This document shows positions 26,357 to 31,708 of a stretch of DNA of 31,708 nt, piece by piece. Position 1 is the first letter of the stretch, and every line of letters starts with the position of its first letter. Under the pieces are notes generated by a model. The model ran no database searches, was not told where the DNA came from, and saw only the letters and a program-made list of their open reading frames with translations. The stretch is taken from positions 1-31,708 of the forward strand of contig JBHGAY010000041.1 in assembly GCA_041946735.1 (NCBI GenBank). The letters run 5' to 3'. Source of the stretch: Candidatus Eiseniibacteriota bacterium. GTDB taxonomy: Bacteria; Eisenbacteria; RBG-16-71-46; CAIMUX01; VGJL01. Both the position numbers and the translations under genes were made by a program.

Positions 26357-29300
26357 ATGCGTCCGTTGTCGAGGATCATTCTTGCCCTTTCCCTGCTCAC
26401 CATCGCCACGAGTTGGGCCGCCGCCGCGCCCCTCGCCATGCTCGAGGCCGGCGCGCAACAGCCCTCGCTTCAGCTCGTGAGATCGGGCGAGGATGGCGTG
26501 ACCGTTCAGTTCTCTCTCACCGATCTGCAGATCGAGGAGGTCACGCGCGACGGCCGCACCTTCCAGCAGATCACGATTCCGGGTGGAGGAGCGATCGGCC
26601 AGGTGGGGGATCCCCAGATCCCGACGTTCACGCGGCTGCTTGCCATTCCGGACCGGGCGGGCGTGCGCGTAGAGGCGACGATCGAGTCGGAGGAGGAACG
26701 CGACGGCATCCGCCTGATCCCCGTGCAGGGGGACGACGGCACGCCCTTCGCCCTCGACCAAGCGGCCTACCAGAGGGACGCCTACGACGACTTCGCGCCG
26801 GCCGCGGCCGGGGATCCGGCGATCCTGCGAGAGATGCGCGTCGTCGCTTTGACTTTCCAGCCGGTCCGTTACAACCCGGCGCGCCAGACGATCCGCATCG
26901 CCCGCGAGATCCGGGTGCAGGTGCATTTCGAGGGGGAGAACCTCACGAACGAGATGACGAGGCGGGCGCAGACGATCGCTCCGTCTTTCGCCTCGATGTA
27001 CCAGAGCCTGATCCTCAACTGGCAGGACGCGCTCGGCAATCGGGAGGTGGCTCCCGGCGCGTGGGTGGTGATCTGCCCCAACCTGACGGACGTCACGACC
27101 CGCTTGCAGCCGCTCGTCGACTGGCGGCAGCGCAAGGGGCTACCGACGTACGTCGCGACGACCGCCGAAACCGGGACGTCGAACACGAGCATCAAGACCT
27201 GGATCCAGAACGCCTACAACACCTGGCCGACGCCGCCCGAGTACATCGTGCTCGCCGGCGACGCGAGCGGCACCTACGCGATTCCGACCTGGTTCGAGAA
27301 CCTCTCGGGTTACGGCGGCGAGGGGGACCATCCATACGTCCAGCTCGCCGGCGGCGACATCCTCGCGGACGCGCACGTCGGGCGCCTCTCCTTCTCCTCG
27401 ACGGGCGAGCTGGAGACGATCGTCGCGAAGATCACGAAGTACGAGTCGGACCCGTACATGGACGACACGAGCTGGTATCAGCGGGGATGCGTCGTCGGCG
27501 ACGACAGTCCCTCGGGATACAGCTGCATCCAGCTCGCACAGTGGGTGAAGAAGGCGCTCCAGGTGAATGGGTACACGCGCGTCGACTCGATCTACGGTGA
27601 GCCGTTCGTCACCGGGATGCAAACCTCCTTCAACGCCGGCATCAGCATCTTCAACTACCGCGGCTGGATCGGGATGAGCGGCTGGGGGAACAACAACACC
27701 TACGGCCTGACCAATGGTTGGAAGCTGCCGTTCGTCGTGACGATCACCTGCGACACCGGGACCTTCGCGAATGGGACATCCCGCTCCGAAGGGTTCCTCC
27801 GCGCAGGGAGCGCGACCGCCCCGAAGGGGGGGATCGCAGCGATCGGCACCGCCACCTCCGGCACGCACACCGCCTACAACAACTGCCTGAACCTCGGCAT
27901 CCATCAGGGACTGCTGTACGAGAAGCTCTGGACGCTCGGCGCCGCCCTGACGCGCGGCAAGCTCGAGATGTATCTGAACTACCAGCAGGACCAGCCGAAC
28001 CGGGTCACCATCTGGTCGTACTGGAACAACCTGATGGGCGATCCAGCGACAGAGTGCTGGACCGGGGTCCCGCAGCCGGTGACTGTGGCCCATGCGGCGA
28101 GCCTCCCGCTCGGCGGCAACTCCTTCCGCGCGACGGTCACGAAGCTCGGCCAGCCGGTCGAAGACGCGACCGTGTGCGTCTGGAAGGGGACCGAGGTGTA
28201 CGCCTCCGGCGAGACCGACGGCAACGGGGAGATCGAGCTTCCCGTCGCCGGGATGACCGCCGGCAACCTCCTCGTCACGGTGACCAAGCACAACTCCCTC
28301 CCCTACCTCGCGACGGTCCCGGTCGTCTCGGGACAGCAGTTCGTTGGTTACCTCGGATCGACGGTCGACGACGACAACAACGGGACGAGCAACGGCAACG
28401 CGGACCATATCGTGAATCCGCGAGAGACGGTCGAGCTGCGGGTGCAGGTGAAGAACTTCGGGACGTCGCCGGTGACGGGCGTGACCGGAACCCTCACGTG
28501 CGATGATCCGTACGTCACGATCACCGACGCGACGGAGACCTTCGGCGACCTGCCCGCCAACGGCAGCGCCTGGTCGGCGGACGACTTCGACTTCCAGGTC
28601 GCATCGGGATGTCCGGACGGACGGGTTCTCCGATTCGGGCTGGAGCTACAGTCCGGATCGAGCAACTGGCACTCCTTGATCGACCTCGCCGTCGTGACGG
28701 GCGACATCGAGATCGCGGGCAACCAGCTGTACAATGTCGGCGCCAACGGCATTCTCGATCCCGGCGAGAGCGGCCAGGTGTCCATGAAGGCGTACAACGT
28801 CGGAGGCGCGGCAGCGAACGGCGTGGTCGGCACGCTTGTCTCGTTGAACCCGTTCCTCACGGTCACCGATGCGACCGGCGCCTTCGGCGACATCCCGGCC
28901 GGAGGGCAGGGGGAGAACACGACCGATCGGTTCGGCGTCTCCGCCGGCGTGGAAGCGTATCAGGGCGCGCTCGCGACCGTGATGATGACGTGCAGTTTCA
29001 ACGGCGGCGTGATCGACACCACCTACACGAACCTCACGATCGGCACGCGGTCCAGCGACGACCCGGTCGGGCCCGACCACTACGGCTACTACGCGTTCGA
29101 CGACACGGACGTCTCCTATCCGGAGGCGCCGTCGTACAGCTGGATCGAGACCGACCCGTCGAGCGGCGGCCAGGGTACGACGGTGCCGCTGAGCGATTAC
29201 GGGACGTACCAGGACGACTCGGTCGTGCTCGACCTGCCGTTCCTCTTCCAGTTCTACGGAAACCAGTTCTCGAAAATCACCGTCTGCTCCAATGGCTGGA

Positions 29301-31174
29301 TCGCGATGGGCTCGACGTTCCTGACCGACTACCGCAATTGGACGATCCCGGGAGCGGGATCGCCCAACAACATGATCGCCGCGTTCTGGGACGACTTGAA
29401 TCTCGGCAGCGGCGGGAAGGTGCTCACCTGGTTCGACGCCGCCAACCATCGCTTCGTCATCGAGTGGAAGGGTGTGCGCAACGAGCCGGGTGCGACCCAG
29501 ACGTTCGAGATCGTATTGTACGATCCCGCGTATTACGAAACGCCGACGGGCGACGGCCCGGTCCTGCTGCAATACAATACGGTGAACAACAACGACTCCG
29601 GCGACAACTACGCGACGGTCGGGATCCAGAACTACGACCACACCGTCGGACTCCTTTACACGTTTTACAACCACTATGCTTCCGGAGCGGCCTCCCTCGC
29701 AGCCGGCCGGGCGATTCGCCTTCTGCCGGCAGGTCCGGCGGAGGTCGGCTCGCTGAGCGGCGTCGTGCAGAACGCGTCGCACGGTAACGCGCCGATCCCG
29801 GGCGCCGAAGTAGCGCTGCTCGAGAGCGGCCGCGTCTTCGTGACGGGTGAGGACGGGCGCTACGGAGGCGCTGTCGCGACCGGCGTCTACACGGTCGTCG
29901 CGAGGCATCCGAGCTTCGCGCCGGACACGACGAGCGGAGTCGCGATCACCCTGGGGCAGCAGACGGTCCTGAACTTCTCCCTGACCGATATCCTGGGGCC
30001 GGAGATCACGAACGTCTCGAACCCGATGACGACCACCGACGCTGCCGGACCGTATCCGATCACGGCGACGATCACCGACCTGAGCGACGTAGCGGAGGCG
30101 AGGCTCTACTACCGGTTGAACGGTCAAGGGTGGATTCCGGCGCCGATGACGGCGAACGGAGACGAGTGGACCGGGTCGATCCCGGGCCATTCCCCCGGGA
30201 CGCAACTCGACTTCTACGTCTGGGCGAAGGACGGCGGCGGGCGATCCTCGACGAATCCGCCCGACGCGCCGGCGAGTTTCTACACCCTGTTCATCACGCA
30301 GGAGATGTACGGCTATACGGTCGAGGATCCGGCCGATCCGGCCTGGCAGATCGGAGCGCCGGGCGACGACGCGACGAGCGGGCTCTGGGACCGCCTCGAT
30401 CCGATCGGGACGACGTACAACGGCCAGACGATCCAGTGCGAAGACGATCACACGCCGGATCCCGGCGTGCTCTGCTTCGTGACGGGGAACGGTTCGGTCG
30501 GAGGCGCGGCGGGAGATCAGGACGTCGACGGCGGATGCACCACCCTCCTCTCGCCGATCTACGACCTGAGCCAGTCGACGCTCGCGTTCTTCACCTACTA
30601 CCGCTGGTATGCCGAGGGCGGCAACTCGATCGACGACGAGTTCGCTGTCGACGTGTCGAGCGACGGGGGGCAGAACTGGGCTCCCCTGGAGCGCGTCCCG
30701 GACAACTCGGCTTCCTGGGTGAAGGTGACGAAGGCGCTTCACGAGGTCATCTCGCTGACCGATCAGGTCCAGTTCCGGTTCCTCGCCTGCGACCGGAACT
30801 CGGCGGGCTTGGTCGAGGCCGGAATCGACGACGTCGCTCTCGAGGTGTTCACGCCCAGCGCAGCGGGCGCAGAGGAGGCGGAGCAGGGACCGGCGGTGTT
30901 CGCGCTCTATCCGAGCCGTCCGAACCCGGCTCGCGCGGCGGGGACCACGATCCGCTTCTCGCTCCCGTCCGCGGCGGTCGCGCGGCTCGCGGTCTACGAC
31001 GTGAGCGGGCGGCTCGTCCGGGAGTTGGTCCATGGCTCGCGCCAGGCCGGGAACCAGACGGTGGTCTGGGACGGCCGTGACGGCGTCGGCTCCCGGGTCC
31101 CCTCGGGGCTGTACTTCTACCGGCTGGACGCGGCGGGACAACGGCAAGTGCAGAAGCTGATCGTCCTTCAGTAA
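26357..31174 (+). CDS. Large secreted gingipain-like (peptidase C25 family) multidomain protein with FlgD-Ig/T9SS-type-A-like C-terminal domain
   Basis: Signal peptide; C25 propeptide-like region (GDPQIP...LAIP, QPVRYNP); C25 core (LVDWRQRKGL, EYIVLAGD, GDHPY, VGRLS, TCDTGTF, NNLMGDP); two Ig-like repeats; LPF.F.FYG...SNGW...IAAFWDDL domain; carboxypeptidase-regulatory-like domain; C-terminal PNP..TIRFSLP..VYDVSGRLV..WDGRD..SGLYFYRL..KLIVL. Confidence 0.9.
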   Translation: MRPLSRIILALSLLTIATSWAAAAPLAMLEAGAQQPSLQLVRSGEDGVTVQFSLTDLQIEEVTRDGRTFQQITIPGGGAIGQVGDPQIPTFTRLLAIPDRAGVRVEATIESEEERDGIRLIPVQGDDGTPFALDQAAYQRDAYDDFAPAAAGDPAILREMRVVALTFQPVRYNPARQTIRIAREIRVQVHFEGENLTNEMTRRAQTIAPSFASMYQSLILNWQDALGNREVAPGAWVVICPNLTDVTTRLQPLVDWRQRKGLPTYVATTAETGTSNTSIKTWIQNAYNTWPTPPEYIVLAGDASGTYAIPTWFENLSGYGGEGDHPYVQLAGGDILADAHVGRLSFSSTGELETIVAKITKYESDPYMDDTSWYQRGCVVGDDSPSGYSCIQLAQWVKKALQVNGYTRVDSIYGEPFVTGMQTSFNAGISIFNYRGWIGMSGWGNNNTYGLTNGWKLPFVVTITCDTGTFANGTSRSEGFLRAGSATAPKGGIAAIGTATSGTHTAYNNCLNLGIHQGLLYEKLWTLGAALTRGKLEMYLNYQQDQPNRVTIWSYWNNLMGDPATECWTGVPQPVTVAHAASLPLGGNSFRATVTKLGQPVEDATVCVWKGTEVYASGETDGNGEIELPVAGMTAGNLLVTVTKHNSLPYLATVPVVSGQQFVGYLGSTVDDDNNGTSNGNADHIVNPRETVELRVQVKNFGTSPVTGVTGTLTCDDPYVTITDATETFGDLPANGSAWSADDFDFQVASGCPDGRVLRFGLELQSGSSNWHSLIDLAVVTGDIEIAGNQLYNVGANGILDPGESGQVSMKAYNVGGAAANGVVGTLVSLNPFLTVTDATGAFGDIPAGGQGENTTDRFGVSAGVEAYQGALATVMMTCSFNGGVIDTTYTNLTIGTRSSDDPVGPDHYGYYAFDDTDVSYPEAPSYSWIETDPSSGGQGTTVPLSDYGTYQDDSVVLDLPFLFQFYGNQFSKITVCSNGWIAMGSTFLTDYRNWTIPGAGSPNNMIAAFWDDLNLGSGGKVLTWFDAANHRFVIEWKGVRNEPGATQTFEIVLYDPAYYETPTGDGPVLLQYNTVNNNDSGDNYATVGIQNYDHTVGLLYTFYNHYASGAASLAAGRAIRLLPAGPAEVGSLSGVVQNASHGNAPIPGAEVALLESGRVFVTGEDGRYGGAVATGVYTVVARHPSFAPDTTSGVAITLGQQTVLNFSLTDILGPEITNVSNPMTTTDAAGPYPITATITDLSDVAEARLYYRLNGQGWIPAPMTANGDEWTGSIPGHSPGTQLDFYVWAKDGGGRSSTNPPDAPASFYTLFITQEMYGYTVEDPADPAWQIGAPGDDATSGLWDRLDPIGTTYNGQTIQCEDDHTPDPGVLCFVTGNGSVGGAAGDQDVDGGCTTLLSPIYDLSQSTLAFFTYYRWYAEGGNSIDDEFAVDVSSDGGQNWAPLERVPDNSASWVKVTKALHEVISLTDQVQFRFLACDRNSAGLVEAGIDDVALEVFTPSAAGAEEAEQGPAVFALYPSRPNPARAAGTTIRFSLPSAAVARLAVYDVSGRLVRELVHGSRQAGNQTVVWDGRDGVGSRVPSGLYFYRLDAAGQRQVQKLIVLQ

Positions 31175-31232
31175 CCGGCAAGAGGATTGCAGGGGCCCGG
31201 CGCGGCATGCGCCGGGCCGGCCACGCAGACGC

Positions 31233-31267
31233 GGCGGCCGCCCTCGGGAGGGGGCGGCCGCCTTTCT
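31233..31267 (+). terminator. Rho-independent terminator after the C25 gene
   Basis: 13-bp GC stem GGCGGCCGCCCTC / GGGGGCGGCCGCC (one G-U pair), GGGA loop, followed by TTTCT. Confidence 0.7.
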
Positions 31268-31326
31268 CGAGGTGAGCCCTTCGTCCGTCCGCGTGTTTCC
31301 CTTCTATCGCGCGCTTCCTTTCTTCC

Positions 31327-31356
31327 TTGAGCGAGCGAACGGGGATCCGATACCAT
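31327..31356 (+). promoter_or_regulatory. Possible tRNA promoter
   Basis: TTGAGC, 18-nt spacer, TACCAT, about 36 nt upstream of the tRNA. Confidence 0.4.
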
Positions 31357-31392
31357 GCTCGGAGCCGCCGCGAGGCGCGCGTTCTTCGACAC

Positions 31393-31465
31393 AGGCCAGT
31401 AGCTCAATTGGCAGAGCAACGGTCTCCAAAACCGTAGGTTGGGGGTTCGAGTCCCTCCTGGCCTG
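31393..31465 (+). tRNA. trnW: tRNA-Trp (CCA anticodon), 3' CCA not encoded
   Basis: Acceptor stem AGGCCAG/CTGGCCT plus discriminator G; D arm GCTC..GAGC; anticodon arm ACGGT-CTCCAAA-ACCGT; T loop TTCGAGT. Confidence 0.97.
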
Positions 31466-31501
31466 CAGCTTTCCCGGTCCGACCGCTCCGCGCTCGTCGC
31501 G

Positions 31502-31534
31502 CTATCGCTTCGCCACCCCTATCGCTTCGCCACC
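31502..31534. repeat. 16-bp tandem duplication (17-bp period) of the last codons and stop of the terminal CDS
   Basis: CTATCGCTTCGCCACC at 31502-31517 and 31519-31534. Confidence 0.85.
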
Positions 31535-31708
31535 GCCACGTTCGCGTACATCGGAAAGCGCACCTCGTCCCCTTCGCGGTACCTGCGGATCGCCGGATCC
31601 GCCTCCTCGCGAACGAGATCGAGCAGGGCCGCGCGCTGCTCCATGGTGAGCTGCAGGAAGGCCGGAACGGCGGCGGCGGAGCTTGCCGCGGCGAGCGGCA
31701 CGAACTGC
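31519..31708 (-). CDS. 3' end of a CDS running off the window, possibly a class I SAM-dependent methyltransferase
   Basis: The frame is open to the window edge. Its C-terminus EQRAALLDLVREEADPAIRRYREGDEVRFPMYANVAVAKR resembles methyltransferase C-termini, but the SAM-binding motif is not in the window. Confidence 0.5.
   Translation of the reverse strand, partial: QFVPLAAASSAAAVPAFLQLTMEQRAALLDLVREEADPAIRRYREGDEVRFPMYANVAVAKR

Noticed and set aside
15780..31147. Many long alternative-frame and antisense ORFs (e.g. 17567-19420, 18592-20949, 22522-24240, 28646-31147)
   Set aside because: They are Arg/Pro/Ala-rich shadow ORFs expected in high-GC DNA, overlap well-supported genes and carry no recognisable motifs.
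26357..31174. Identification of the C25 protein as the T9SS sortase PorU
   Set aside because: It has a gingipain-type propeptide with the C25 core near the N-terminus, a long adhesin-like tail and no GHG motif, unlike PorU architecture.

Overview
High-GC bacterial chromosomal segment, mostly core/housekeeping, with no mobile element or CRISPR array seen. It opens inside a 16S rRNA gene (minus strand) with its leader, boxA and tandem sigma70 promoters. Then follow a class A PBP; pdp-cdd divergent from mazG; agmatinase followed by two paralogous XRE-cupin regulators; a 3D-domain cell-wall protein with low-complexity linkers; and rsgA divergent from an RluA-family pseudouridine synthase and a GT-C/TPR glycosyltransferase across a 13-bp tandem array. 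Next come a Cys-rich secreted protein ending in a short 'TTWGxIRAxFR' tail; a dapE-dapC-dapD-lon cluster; an orphan short BoxB-like di-iron protein; an M14 peptidase; a second GT-C protein lacking a canonical start for its N-terminus; and a TolB/PD40 propeller. The window ends with a 1605-aa gingipain (C25)-like protein with a FlgD/T9SS-type C-terminal domain, a tRNA-Trp and the 3' end of a probable methyltransferase. The protein signatures suggest (inference) an uncultured lineage such as Ca. Eisenbacteria/Krumholzibacteria/Latescibacteria. Most interesting leads: the short C-terminal TWG candidate sorting signal, the regulator pair with identical recognition helices but one degenerate cupin, the His-less C25 protein and the orphan BoxB-like enzyme. 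All calls come from reading motifs by eye; no searches were run.
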